NCBI RefSeq assembly: GCF_001447785.1 | Contig: NW_015170896.1 | Coordinates: 108,575 to 165,752, forward strand | Reading direction: 5' to 3' | Source of the DNA: Gekko japonicus | Lineage: Eukaryota | Length of the DNA stretch: 57,178 nucleotides | Shown: one piece after another, positions 1-12,855 of the stretch | Position numbering within the stretch: the first letter of the stretch is position 1 | Layout: every line of letters starts with the position of its first letter | Program-made: the position numbers and the translations under genes | The notes under the pieces: generated by a model | What the model was told of the DNA's origin: nothing | Seen by the model: the letters and a program-made list of their open reading frames with translations, nothing else | Database searches by the model: none

Positions 1-329
1 CAGGTTCTAGGCATCATTTTTGTGGGTCTGATACAAACCTGTAATGTGCCCCCACACTCCACACAATCCATACGGAGGCATGGATCCAGCCTAATGCTTC
101 TGTGAGCAGGACGANNNNNNNNNNNNNNNNNNNNNNNNNNNNNNNNNNNNNNNNNNNNNNNNNNNNNNNNNNNNNNNNNNNNNNNNNNNNNNNNNNNNNN
201 NNNNNNNNNNNNNNNNNNNNNNNNNNNNNNNNNNNNNNNNNNNNNNNNNNNNNNNNNGGGATTCCCAACCCATATGATGTCAAACACCATCAAGACACAG
301 CTGACTTGTGGTTTGACCCTGTAGGATTT

Positions 330-485
330 TCAGGGCAAGAGATGAAGAGAGGTGGTTTGCCATTGCTTGCCTCTGCATAATAGCCCTGGAATTCTTTGCT
401 GGTCTCCCTTCCAAGTACTAACCAAGGCCAACCGTGCTTTAGCTTCTGAGATCTGATGAGATTGCATAGCCTGGGCCATCCCAAC
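330..485 (-). mobile_element. 5S rRNA-headed SINE (5S-Sauria-like), degenerate
   Basis: Reverse complement contains ATCTCATCAGATCTCAGAAGCTAAGCACGG...GGTTAGTACTTGGAAGGGAGACC (5S A/C boxes) followed by GAGGCAAGCAATGGCAAACCACC. Confidence 0.7.
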
Positions 486-495
486 CCATGCACTC

Positions 496-1220
496 ATTTT
501 TTTTCCATTTTAAAAAGAACTTTATTAGAGTTATAGACACCAGTGTTCCCTCTAAGCTGAGTTAGTGTGAGCTAGCTCACGGATTTTTAGCCTCTGGCTC
601 ACACATTTTTGTCTCAGCTCAGGAAGGATGGCCCCAGAGCAAACTAATTTATGCAGTAGCCAAATCACTTGCTCACAACTTTAATGCAAGTAGCTCACAA
701 AGTAGAATTTTTGCTCACAAGACTCCACAGCTTAGAGGGAACACTGAACACAGTACAGACAGTAATGAGGCATAGTACAAAATATGCATTTGATAAAGCA
801 GTAAACATTGTAGGGCATAATATCAATTAAACATTGCCAGGGTAGACAAGTGAATTCTGATAGGTCAGAGCAAGACAGAAGCATTGAAGCTCCATCAATC
901 CAGGGGGCCAGAATAGAGGGTGTATTAGAGGTGAAGCCAAGTATTGATAACTTGGATTTGATGGGAGGAGGTCCCGTTCGGCCACAAATTGCAGTACCAG
1001 GGCCCGGGTGAGGACAAATCTAGAATAGGTCTTGGTGGAGTCTGCTTGAACCTGATGTAGAGTGTTGATGGTCTTGGCCATAACAAACTGATTGCATTTT
1101 TTTTTCCATACCAGGCAGTCAAGCTTGGGGATGTAGGAGATTTCCAAACTGCTGCAATGGTTAATCTAGCTGCAGCAAAACCCACGCACTCATGAAAGAA
1201 AAACATATCATTTCCAAAAT
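496..1220 (-). mobile_element. L1-like LINE 3' end (interrupted by a hAT MITE)
   Basis: Minus-strand peptide AAARLTIAAVWKSPTSPSLTAW resembles the L1-clade ORF2 C-terminus; AATAAA and A-rich tail at about 496-526. Confidence 0.55.
541..746 (+). mobile_element. hAT-type MITE family A (~205 bp), copy 1
   Basis: TIRs CAGTGTTCCCTCTAAGCTG / CAGCTTAGAGGGAACACTG; TSD not intact in this copy. Confidence 0.85.
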
Positions 1221-3055
1221 GGCATAAAAGCCCATGTTATAGTAATGGTAGCTCAGGCTCGCTCTCCCAGAGCTGCAAGCCTACAGGTCTCTCTCCTCTC
1301 CCAATGATGCTCGGGTCTTGGCTAGGGTACACCTTGTGGACTGCACAGGACAGCCACTTTGGGGGCATAAAAATGTCTTAGTCCAGTCTTGGCCCATGCA
1401 CTGCCTAGGACCTAGGGAAACAACATCTGGATCCATCCAGTAAATGAAGAGCAATTGTGCCGTCTTTGTGCAAAGGCATCTACATCTGGAAAGGCCCTTG
1501 GGCATAGTGAGAGACACTGGGGAGAGAAAAAAGAGCAAGAATCCGTCACTCAGACACGTGCACACACAGAGCCGTGTACAGGCACATTAAAAGGCCTCGT
1601 TTGTTCAGTGAGACCCTGTTTGATCACCGGAAAACATCTCTTCCTTGCTGTCTTGTACTAGCAGGTGGATTCCTGCAGCATCTGACAGCCGCACACGACA
1701 GTTTTCCCCAGAGTTCCACCAATCACACCGTGCATTGTGCACAGGGGCTCTAATTTTCATTAGAAGCTTCTTACGGAAATCGGCTTCATAAAAACAGTTT
1801 CAGAGGAAGAAGGCAGGCGCGGCAGGTGTGTGTGCGGGAAACCTCTGTGTTTGCTTTGAGAAAATGTATATGAAATATTTCGGCGAGGACGTGTGAGAGT
1901 TTGATGGAGGGGCACGCTCTCGAAGCTTAAGCAATGAGTTCAGATCCCAGAGAGGACAATTTGGGCAGATAATTGTATAACTGGCAAAATCTTTTTCTGA
2001 TTTGCAAACGGAAAAATGTTAATGCATATGACAAAACTAGGGGGAGGGGCAGTTTGTACTCATATCTGGTTCCCATATCCCTAAACAGAACAGGTGAAAA
2101 GGGAGGGGGGGAGTCCCCTGTGACATCTAAAAAGGCTAGGTTGGGAATCGGGACCTACATAGACAAGAACCAGGAGAATGAGGGATAAGACTACCAACCT
2201 CTAAGCAGGGCTTGGAGTTCTCCCAGAAGGAAAAGGCACCAGATCCCTGCTGAACATCCTCCCCTCCCCAAGCACCCAAATCTCCAGGAGTTTTCAGGAT
2301 AACCCAAATAGGGGCTGTAGTAATGAGAAGAATTAGACAAGAGTGAATGACAAAGCTGATTAGATCCAACATATTATCTGGATCTTTGCATACAACCAAG
2401 GGTATGTTAACACTACAATCGCTAATAATAATTATCATATGGCAGTGTGTGTAGTATAGCCAAGAGATCCTAAAATTGCCTGGCAGCCAGAAGTTCTAGT
2501 TCTTTAAGCAATATGTACCACTAGGTGGTGAGCTAGAGTTGTTTCTTCAGAGGTTTGCCATTGCCTGCCTCTGCATCGCACCCCTGGTATTCCTTGGAGG
2601 TCACCTATCCAAATACTAGCCAGGGCCAACGCTGTTTAACTTCTGAAATCTGACAGGGCAGTACAATTGCTTTTAGACTTTTTTTCACATCAGGATAACT
2701 ATTGTGACTTCCTGCAAAGAATTATGGAAATGGGGGATCAGATCAGGGAGGGTGTGAAGGATTCTCCAGTAGGGCCCCAGTGCCCCCCCCCATCACAGAA
2801 CTACAGTTCCCCAGGAGATAGTTAAACCAATTTAAGCCTGTAGCATGGCTGCAACCCTGGTGGCGGCAAACCTGTCTTCCTGTCCCGGTCAGGATGAAGG
2901 TGACCAGAAATGTTAACAAAGGTGGGTGGAAAGAGAGGAGCTCTCCTCTTCCTTGCCCAGGACTTTTGCCCAGAAACACTGTGCCTACTGGTGTTCCCTC
3001 CTGGCAGGGCTTCCATCTCGGCTCAGAGCCCCACGAAGAAAACAACAGCTGCAGC

Positions 3056-3258
3056 TAAGGATGCCAACTCCAGGTTGGTACATTCCTGGAGTTCTGGAGG
3101 GTGGAGGCTAGGGAATGGGAGGACCTCAGCAGGGTATAATGCTATAGGGTCCACTTTCCAGAGTAACCATTTTCTGCAAGGGAACTGATCTCTGTACTCT
3201 TGAGATCACTTATAGTTCCAGGCAATCTCCAGGCCCCACCTGGAGGCTGGCAACCCTA
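3056..3258. mobile_element. hAT-type MITE family B (TAGGGTTGCCA TIRs)
   Basis: TAAGGATGCCA...TGGCAACCCTA; 8-bp TSD GCTGCAGC/GGTGCAGC. Confidence 0.75.
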
Positions 3259-3373
3259 GGTGCAGCACAGTGTCTATGAGACAAGAAGCTCAAGGAATGG
3301 AGGGTTCAGCCTCCCTGTTGCTGTCCAACATGGGTAATCCTTCTATTTTGGTGCTTAATTGTGTGAGCCATGC

Positions 3374-3921
3374 TGTTGTTGTTGTTCAGTCGCACAGTCG
3401 AGTCCGACTCTTCGCGACCCCATGGACCAGCTCCCGTCAGGCCCTCCTGTCTTCCGCCGTCCTCTGAAGTTGGCTCAATTTCATGTGCGTTGCATCGATG
3501 ACACTGTCTAACCATCTCATCCTTTGCCGTCCCTGTCTTCTTTGACCTTCAATCTTTCCCAGCATCAGGGTCTTCTCCAGGGAGTGCTCCCTTCTCATTT
3601 GGGGGCCAAAGTATTTGAGCTTCAGTTTCATTATCTGGCCTTCCAGGGAACAGTCAGGGTTGATTTCTTTTAGGATTGACCGATTTGATCTTCTTGCAGT
3701 CCAAGGGACTCTCAAGAGTCTTCTCCAGCACCATAGTTCAAAAGAATCTATTCTTCGGCGCTCGGCCTTCCTTATAGTCCAACTCTCGCAGCCATACATG
3801 ACTACTGGGAATACCATTGCTTTGACCATGCGGACTTTTGTTGGCAGGGTGATGTCTCTACTTTTTATCATGCTGTTTAGTTTCGCCATCGCTTTCCTCC
3901 CAAGGAGCAGGCATCTTTTAA
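3374..3921 (-). mobile_element. BovB (RTE clade) LINE, 5'-truncated
   Basis: ORF 3437-3970(-) KSRDITLPTKVRMVKAMVFPVVMYGCESWTIRKAERRRIDSFELWCWRRLLRVPWTARRSN is the classic BovB RT C-terminus; (CAA)n tail. Confidence 0.93.
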
Positions 3922-4078
3922 TGCTGACTCTAAAATAAAAACATGCATAGGACAGAGCTCCATGTCCCACAGAAATCCCATTGTGATGCCATTGAAGTCC
4001 CTTTGATTATGACAGGACTACTTTTTCTGGACTGCGCCCTGAGTTTCAAAGCAAGGATCCTCCGTTCCAGTCTAGCTC

Positions 4079-4370
4079 ATGGGTCCCCAGGCCTTTTCAG
4101 CCCATGGGCACGTCTGGAATTCTGACACAGTGTGGTGCACGCAGCCACGAAATGGCTGCCACAGGAGGTGGAAACAGCCACCGAATGGCTGCCTCAGCTT
4201 ACCTTCCATCACACAGTGAAGATCCTTGTGTTGTAGTGGCAGCGGCTGCCAAAGCAATGTTTTTGAAAATCCGCCCAGCCAATCAAATCTCCAATAGCCA
4301 ACCAGAAGGCTTGCTGGACAAAAGCCCCACCCATTTTTTAAAAACACTCTCCAGCACCACTTTGGGGGGT
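4079..4370. mobile_element. Degenerate hAT-like non-autonomous DNA transposon
   Basis: GGGTCCCCAGGCCTTTTCAGCCCATGGGCAC start and internal AAATGGCTGCC repeats; right end decayed. Confidence 0.45.
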
Positions 4371-5133
4371 TTTTTTTGAGACATTCACCCAATTTCCCTC
4401 ATTTATTCCTGATTCGAATCCCGCATCTTGAGCTACAAAGTAGATGAAGGCATACAAGGAGAGTTCTTAAGCTCTACAGGGGCGGGATTGAAGAACTAAA
4501 CATAAAACTGGGTCTTTAAAACAGAACTTAAACCTGGAATTAAAGTTCCAGGTTTCAAAAAGCCACGTTATCTCCATAGAAGGCTACAGCATCCTGGGCT
4601 TTGAAACAGGTTTCTAGCTCTGCTTTGTGAGGAAAGATCATGACTTGTACAGAGTGAAAACATCCTTTGGCAAACCATTTTTAGGCCCTTTTCACACATA
4701 ACACTAAAAGTGCCTTTGAGCTTTTCTCACACGGTGCGCATGTGTGAGCATCATTAATGTGGGACAGGAAGCCGAAGTGGACCATTTCAAATTTAAACAT
4801 ACAGCCAGTGACGGTTTTACATTTGCATTACAGATTAAGAATGGCAGTGAAGCCCTTATTCTATGGTGGCAGAAGGCCCCCAGTTTCTAAGACCTGAAGG
4901 CCAGCTGGCTCCCATACTGAGCAAAGGGTACAATGTACGAAGTCCAAGAAACTCAGGGTTTCCCCTAGTTTTATCCTGCACAACAATCCTTCAAGGCAGG
5001 CTAAGCTGAGAGAGTAACAAGCCCAAAGTCACCTAGTAGCTTCATGACTGAAGAAGGATCTGAATATGGATCTCTCTGCTCCACATCCGGTGCTCTAAGC
5101 CAGATACCACAGGGGCTTTCCCTTTAGCCAGTG

Positions 5134-5751
5134 TGGACGGCTTCAAAAGGGAGTTAGATAAGCATATGGAGCAGAGGTCCATCAGTGGCTATTAGCCACA
5201 AGGTATAGATAGGGGCTCTGGGGCAAGTGATGCTCTGTCATCTTGGTGCTTGGGGGGGGGGTCAACAGTGGGAGGGCTTCTAATGTCCTGGCCCCACTGG
5301 TGGACCTCCTGATGGCACTGGTATTTCTGGCCACTGTGTGATACAGAGTGTTGGACTGAACATAAGAACATAAGAGATGCCAATGTTGGATCAGGCCAAA
5401 GGCCCATCCAGTCCAACACTCTGTATCACACAGTGGCCAGAAATACCAGTGCCATCAGGAGGTCCACTAGTGGGGCCAGGGCATTAGTAGCCCTCCCACT
5501 GTTGACCCCCCCCAAGCACCAAGATGACAGAGCATCACTTGCCCCAGAGTCCCTATCTATACCTTGTGGCTAATAGCCACTGATGGACCTCTGCTCCATA
5601 TGCTTATCTAATTCCCTTTTGAAGCCGTCCATGCTTGTAGCCGCCACCACTTCCTGTGGCAGTGAATTCCAAGTGTTAATCACTCTTTGGGTGAAGAAGA
5701 CTGGATGGGCCTTTGGCCTGATCCAACATTGGCGTCTCTTATGTTCTTATG
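5134..5751. mobile_element. Two nested, oppositely oriented CR1 LINE 3' ends
   Basis: Minus strand near 5570-5698 encodes FFTQRVINTWNSLPQEVVAATSMDGFKRELDKHM (CR1 ORF2 end); CTTATGTT-type tails at 5359 and 5751. Confidence 0.85.
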
Positions 5752-8700
5752 ACTCCTGTATGCAAAGCTTGTGAACCCCAGTAAATTGTTCCTGATATGC
5801 TGGGCCAGATACCTTGGCTTCTTCCTTTGCTAGTTCGCTCTGTATATTCAGTCTCTGGGCCAATTCTTTTGAAGTGGCCTCCAGTGGTGGATGCAGGACA
5901 TGTGTAGTAGCTGGAGATATAATAGGATGAGCATTGGGGAAAGACCCGAGTTCAAATCCCTACTCAGTCCTGGAGCTCACTGGGATACAGTCAGTCTGCC
6001 TAGTCTACCTCACAAAGTTATTGCGGGGATAAAATAAGAGGTGAGTGGGATGGGCAGAGTTGCGTCCGTTGCCCTGGCTTCCTCAGAGAAAGGCTCCATT
6101 GAGGAGTACTCCTTCCCCCCTCCAGTGATGGCCAGCCCTGCCTCACAGGGTAAATTACCCTCAATCTGGATTTCACTCGATTTTCTCATGGCCACTCTGT
6201 CTAGTTAGGGGGGGGGACAGGGGATCCCCCAGATTACAAGCCAAACCAAACCCTTGCAGAGCCTTCCAGGCAAAGATTCCCTCTCCGATCACGTGCCTGA
6301 AGTGTGAGAGAGTTTTACCCTGATCAGATCCAGAACTGACCCCTATTCGACACCTCTCTCTCCCCACCCCCAACACACTGGGTGTCAGTGCCTCTTAATA
6401 TAGCCCTCCTTCAACCCTCCCACGAGATCCTTGCAAATTTTGGGCTAAATCCTCCCTCTTTCCCACTGCAGCCAAATCCCATGACATCCCTGTTTTCTTG
6501 GCTGTCCCCCCACTTGAGCTGACTCAGGGACACCCGCCCTCAAACTCACCTCAGCCTCCAGCCCCCCTTTCCTTTAAGGTGACTCCGGTCCGTTTGCCTC
6601 TCCTGTCACCTGTCCCTCTTCCCATCCTCCCTCCCCTACTGCAAACTGAGTTTCAAAGTGGGGCTGGGATCTCTCTTTAAAAACTCTCCCCATTTCAGGT
6701 GTCCTTCCTTCCTGCCCCATTCCCCCCACTTGTCACCGCACAGAGTCTGGGTCGGGTGTCTTCTGTGTACGTGTGTGTTCATGCACCACGGCAGCACACA
6801 ATCAGGTATATACCCCCAAATATACCAGCCTTCTCCCCACAGAGCTTCTCGTTTACCTCTGATGTCCTCAAGGCGATGGCGAGAGACTGCTTTTTATAAC
6901 TCCCAGGGTGGCCTGATTTATTTGTTGCTTCTCCAAACCTTGGCGACCTTCCTGTTCCAGAAATGAACCCCCCCATCCAACCAGGAAAAGAAACAACAAC
7001 TGGTACATGAGATGCCCCAAAATTCCACCTTAAGAGCTAGTGATGTCATCACAGGGTCTGCAGTACCAGAAGGCGCAGCCTGCATCCGGAGACCAGGGGT
7101 GGGGGGGTGGGAAGCAGAGACGCACAAGGTGTGTGTGGGGGGGACACAGACGGGCAGGCTGACTCCTATTCGTCAACATCTTGCATTTTCCTCCCCCCCC
7201 CCCTCCAAACAAGCCATCCACCATCCTCTCCATTCTTTTGCTTCAGGGATTTCTCAACCCCCCCTGAAGGTGGAGGAGCTTTCTGAGCTTCTCCTTTTTC
7301 CTCCTTGATTTTTTTTTCCTGGGAGGTGGGGGTGACCACCCCGTCTCTCCTCCTCTCCCTCTCTCAAAAAATATTATTAAGCCAAAAGGGTTGGTTTAGT
7401 AGGTAAGTATGGGCCCTTAGTGGCTATGTTGTGTGTTGGTATTGTAAGTGTGTGTACGTGTACGTGTGTGTGTATTCTCTTTTTCTCCTGTGGGGTGCGC
7501 GGAGGGAGGGGGTCTGACATTGGTCAAGGGGATGGGGAGACGGATACCCCCTCCCCCTTCTGCCAAACGCCGGGATGATGGCAGGAAAGTATTTCGGCAC
7601 CAGGAAGGTAGACAGCTGCAAGCTAACATGGATGAGTGTGTTGCCTTCTTCTAAACTGGGGGAAGAGAAGGCGGGAGGGGAAAAGAGAGAGAGAGACAGA
7701 GAGATGGGTTTGTGTGTGATGGCCAATGGTATCCCTGAGTGTGTGTGTGTGAGAGAGAGGGGGGGGAGAGAACAAGAAAGCGAGGGGGGGGAGAACAAGA
7801 AAGCGAGACAGAACAAGAGAGAGAAGCAAGCAGTTGTTTGTGCCTTACTGTGTGTGAACGAGTGACTGATGATTTTTTTATGTGCACTGTGCACATGATG
7901 AAGGGAGGGAGGAAGGAAAATGTGTACATCTGGGAGAAAGATGGACACAAAGGTATCCACCCGGGGGGAGTGTGAGAGATCGCTGCGCCTGTGTTTGGGC
8001 GAGTGGTCCGTCTGAGGGCGAGAGATGATTACTCAGGAAGTGTGTCGCTCTCATGGGTATGTGCGCATGTTTGATTTCAACTGGTGTGCGAGAGAAACTA
8101 GTGCACCCGAAGTAGGTTCACAAGCGGCGGCTCTTAGGAGGTGTTTGCTCAAATGCGTGTGTGCTCGCTGGGACGCCAAATAGGCAGGGATTCGTGTGTC
8201 TTTGCGTGGTGTCCTTAAGTGTCTGGGGGTGACCCCTTGATCTGCGATGTCCATTATTGCGCTGGCATGCTGAAGCAAAGAGAGCTGGGGGAAGGAGGAG
8301 AGGAAGAGGCAGAAATAGACAGAAAGAACTCCTAGGAGAAAAAGAAACATCAGTGACACTTACTGACACCACACAACACTGGGGGGGAAAGCACAGAGAG
8401 GAAATGCCATTGATCTAGGACATCAGAACATACGCAAATATTACAAGGCAGATAACTAGACACCAGCAGATACCAAACACAGTCCCCTGAGCTCATACCC
8501 ACCGGTCGTGATCACACACACCCTTGCTCACCCGCACTCACACGCCCCGACACCTCCAAATGCCCTTGCTTGCTTTGCGGCCGTGCAGCAAAGAGCATAA
8601 TAAAAGCAAACTTTTAAAGGAGATAGCCACAAATTGGATACTCTATGTGCAGAAAACAGGCACTGAGAGTTTAAAGTTCTTCCATTTTATAGAATGCAAT

Positions 8701-9855
8701 GATTTTGTAATCTGGAATTGGGGGATGAATTTAGCCTTTCAGCATCTGTGTAAGAATGTTTAAAGCTGGGAAGCAGGACTTTAGGTTTCACCACCCCTCC
8801 CCAAGAAAAAAGTAGTTATCACACCGGATAGAACGCCTCCTGTATTTTAAAAAAGCTACCATTCTAATCTCAAAGAAACTGTTTTAAAAAATGTATACGC
8901 TTAACTGATTTTCATTTCTGCCAATCATTCTGCATATACATAAGTATGAGAAATTCCAGAAATTGACCTAACACGGGCATCGATTTTCTGCCATGCTCTG
9001 CTCAGAACATTACATTTCAATACAAATTAAATCAATATTAAATATATAAAAAATTGTCACACATAAACATGCTGAGTTCAAAATCCCCCCCCCAAATGCG
9101 CATGTGCAACTTTGCCTGGCAAACACTGCCTCCAAACACACCTGCATCCACTCAAAGACAGCACTCCATTGACACATATGCACATGNNNNNNNNNNNNNN
9201 NNNNNNNNNNNNNNNNNNNNNNNNNNNNNNNNNNNNNNNNNNNNNNNNNTGGGTGCTTGTTAAGATTAAATTTCACATCAGCAGATTCAGTTATGAGTCT
9301 GCACTGTAAAGTGTAGTTTGCCCTTTTGCTGGTCTCTCAGCTCAGACGTGATTGTCTGGAAGCATACCTCTGTATGTACGTTTAAGCTGTGCCGCATAAA
9401 TGCCCACTCCTAGCAAAGATGCACACACGAGGGAGGGTGGGTATTATAGCCTTCTCCTATGCACTCACAACCTTGCTCTTGAACAAGTATCATGCCAGCA
9501 TGACCTTAGTTCTCACACGTACACACTTGAGCTCATTTTCCCAACTGCAGTCATCTTCCCACATGCATGAGTGCCACCGGATCTCTTAGTACTTAGCGAA
9601 TGGCCCCTGAGTCTCTGGGACTAGGTTCCGTTGACAGGTGTTGTGGCTGAAATGACATCAGATGGGAATGATAGTTCCATCTGAGGTGTCAGGTCTGTGC
9701 TGGCTTGTTCAGGCATTCATGTCATCTCTTGGTGGACGGAGTCTCAGGATCAGATAACCCAACGTGGCCCTCTTCACACATGGCCAGCAGACAACATCCT
9801 GCCCAAAAAACCCATCCACTCTTGCGCACACGGCTCTGCCTGCCATGCTGTTTCA

Positions 9856-9882
9856 ACACACACACACACACACACACACACA
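9856..9882. repeat. (CA)n microsatellite
   Basis: Direct reading. Confidence 0.9.
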
Positions 9883-11752
9883 GAGCATGCAGGTCTGCTC
9901 ATACAGACAAACTCTGCCAACACAATCTGTATGCTACATATCTGAATACAGAATACACATTTTCCAGCATAACACATTCCTATGATAAATTTCATTTTTC
10001 ATATACACATCTACACCCAGGATTATTAATTTAAGACATTCTAAGTCTTAGAAAGAAAAGAAAGATCTAGCTGCATTTAAAAAAAAATAAAACTGCAGTT
10101 TTGAAACTTAAGCCAAACCGCCGAGATATGGGTTAGCCTATACCTATACTGACCCCCCTCAAGGATGGTAACAAATTTGGGGAAGGGATTTAGACAGGAG
10201 AAACAGTGTGGGGCTAAACGCCCCCTCCCTGACGCACTGTTGCTCTGAGTCAATTCAGAGTCTCCGGCACCTATTTTAATACCCCCAGAGTCAAAAGATC
10301 CTACCGGGAATCTCCCACCTTGCATTTAGCATGGCTCTTCCCGATTGTAAAAAGTTGTGTTTTCCCCTCTACTTCTGAGGAACACTTGAATCAGAACTAA
10401 ATGCCAAGGGCTGAATATGCCTTGTAATGGAACTACGTTAAACCTAAAGTGCAATAGATGTAGTATTTGCCAACCTATTTCCAAAAACTCCAGAAGCCGA
10501 TAGAGAAAGTTGTTAAAAAAAAACCCACACTAAGAATATACCATACATTTGATTGGGTTGTTTGTTTGTTTTGCAGGCAAACTGAGGTCAGGAGAGATTG
10601 TTGGAGATTCTATTTTTTTTCCCCTCCCCAAATATATTCATGCAAACCCTCCCACATTTTCTCTCACTCTCGAGAGTTTTGCCTCCTTCCACTCACCCCC
10701 ATTCTCCTTGCCTGGCTTCTTTAGCTCAAAGCTCCAAAAAAAGAAAAGGGGGGAAAAAGGATGAGGACAGATTTCTCAAACGGCCTAGGCCAACTCCACC
10801 ACAGTTTGTGAGGCATACCCCCCACACACACACACTGAAGAAATCTCAGCAGCTAGGCCAGTGAAGGGAGAGAGGGGCTGGGCTGGGGAGCCCAGGGGTG
10901 AGCTTGGGGGCAGAGAGGGCCCTGGGCCACCCAAGAAAGAGCCGCAGATGCAGGAAGAGGTAGAGGACGACCTGGGGAGATGTCAAGTGTCTAAGCCACC
11001 AGAGACAAGGGGAGGGGGCTGCAGGGAAAGGCTAAGGCCGTGAGAGGGCAGAGATCACCCTGGGAGGCAGGCTAAAAAGAGGGACTCTCCAGTCCCAGGG
11101 AGAGCACAGGGTGCTTGTGTACATGTGTGTGTGGGAGGGGTGCGTGTGTGGGCCCATGGCCCACCACAGAGGAAAACTAAGAGCAGGGCTCCCTAGCAAG
11201 ATGAACTGGGGAACTGAGGTGGTGCTGGGGTCATGAGGTCTGTTGGGGGCAGAACGGAGGTATTGGAGGTGCCTCAGAGCTGTGAGGAGGTGCATGGCCT
11301 ACACCACTGTAGCTGGACAAAGAGGCTCCCAGAGCCAGGTGCCACAGAGAGACGGGAAAGGCAGCCAGGGCCGGAGGAAGGGAATGTGAAGGAAGCAGAG
11401 AGGGGAGGCCGGTGGAGGGGAAAGGCTGGGGTGGGGGACACACAGACAGCAGCACAGGCCAGATGGGGCAGGAGAAGCCCTGGGGGGTGATATCACTCCA
11501 GAGCCAGCAGGGGGAGCAGAAGTGGGGTGTGGGTGAAGGAAAAGGAAGAGAGATGAATGGGGAGACAGTCAAGGCGGAGGAAGGCCAGTGTGTGTTGGGG
11601 GGGGCAAGGCACTCGGGAGAAGGAAATAAAAGGGGGCGGGGAGGAAGGCGAAGGAGTGCATTGCAGGCCCTGGGAAGATGGGGCAGAAAGGCAGAGCAGT
11701 TAAATCTGGGGGTGGAAAGAGACGGCAAGTCCAAGGACTGACGCTGCAGGCG

Positions 11753-11754
<2 letters not shown>

Positions 11755-11826
<72 letters not shown>
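11755..11826. repeat. Compound (GT)n(GA)n microsatellite at the CpG island edge
   Basis: Direct reading. Confidence 0.92.
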
Positions 11827-11828
<2 letters not shown>

Positions 11829-12552
11829 CTCCAGGGGCCAAGGGAGCTTCTCCAGTCCGCGAACTCCTCCCGCGGCGGCCTCTCTTTTGCCCCAACGACG
11901 CGTGACGGGCGCATCCTGCAGGGCTGCCTCCAGACACGTGTTTGACAGGCACACGCCGAAACTTCGACAGGCGGATTTATCCCCGGGCGGGACAAGAGTC
12001 CTCCTCCGGGAAGTGGCCCCGAGCCAAGGGATGCAGCAGGGAGCCGAGAGGAGGGAGGGAGGGAGAAAGGCGAGGGGCAGGGAGGGAGGGAGGGAGGCAA
12101 AGAGGGAGACCAGCTGGAAGCGTTNNNNNNNNNNNNNNNNNNNNNNNNNNNNNNNNNNNNNNNNNNNNNNNNNNNNNNNNNNNNNNNNNNNNNNNNNNNN
12201 NNNNNNNNNNNNNNNNNNNNNNNNNNNNNNNNNNNNNNNNNNNNNNNNNNNNNNNNNNNNNNNNNNNNNNNNNNNNNNNNNNNNNNNNNNNNNNNNNNNN
12301 NNNNNNNNNNNNNNNNNNNNNNNNNNNNNNNNNNNNNNNNNNNNNNNNNNNNNNNNNNNNNNNNNNNNNNNNNNNNNNNNNNNNNNNNNNNNNNNNNNNN
12401 NNNNNNNNNNNNNNNNNNNNNNNNNNNNNNNNNNNNNNNNNNNNNNNNNNNNNNNNGTGGGGGGGGGGGGGGGGGGGGGGGGGTCCCTGGGGGGGGGGCC
12501 GGGCCCCCTGGGCCCCCCGGGGGCTGGTCGGGGGGGGGGTGTTCAGCAGCCC

Positions 12553-12596
12553 GCACTCACCTTCCCCGTCTCTCTCTGTGTCTCTCCCCACTGCAG
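12553..12596 (+). promoter_or_regulatory. Strong 3' splice site upstream of the start codon (implies an upstream non-coding exon)
   Basis: CACTCAC branch-like motif, ~30-nt pyrimidine tract, CTGCAG| ending at 12596. Confidence 0.6.
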
Positions 12597-12855
12597 AGCC
12601 GGGCGCTGCGCCGCGGGCTCCCGGCCGCCAACTCCCGCCTGCTTCCTCCGGCGCCCGCCCCGTCTAGCAAGAGAGAGCGCGCGCGAGAGAGAGCCTGCGT
12701 CCCCCCCCTCCTCCTCTCCTCCCCTCCCCTCCCGGCCTGGGGGGGCGGCGCCGGAGGCGGGGCCGGGATGACGCCTCGGCGCCTGATTTGAGCGTCCGGC
12801 GCCCCTCCCCACCCCCGGGGGCGGGCCAGCCGGGCGCTGCCCGCGCGTCCCCCCG

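Noticed and set aside
115-257. N-runs (also at 9187, 12125, 24744 and 25036)
   Set aside because: Assembly gaps, mostly next to G/C runs or repeats; not biological features.
11231-12771. Long ORFs (441, 328, 241 and 204 aa)
   Set aside because: They span an N-gap, microsatellites and GC-rich low-complexity sequence; no recognisable domain.
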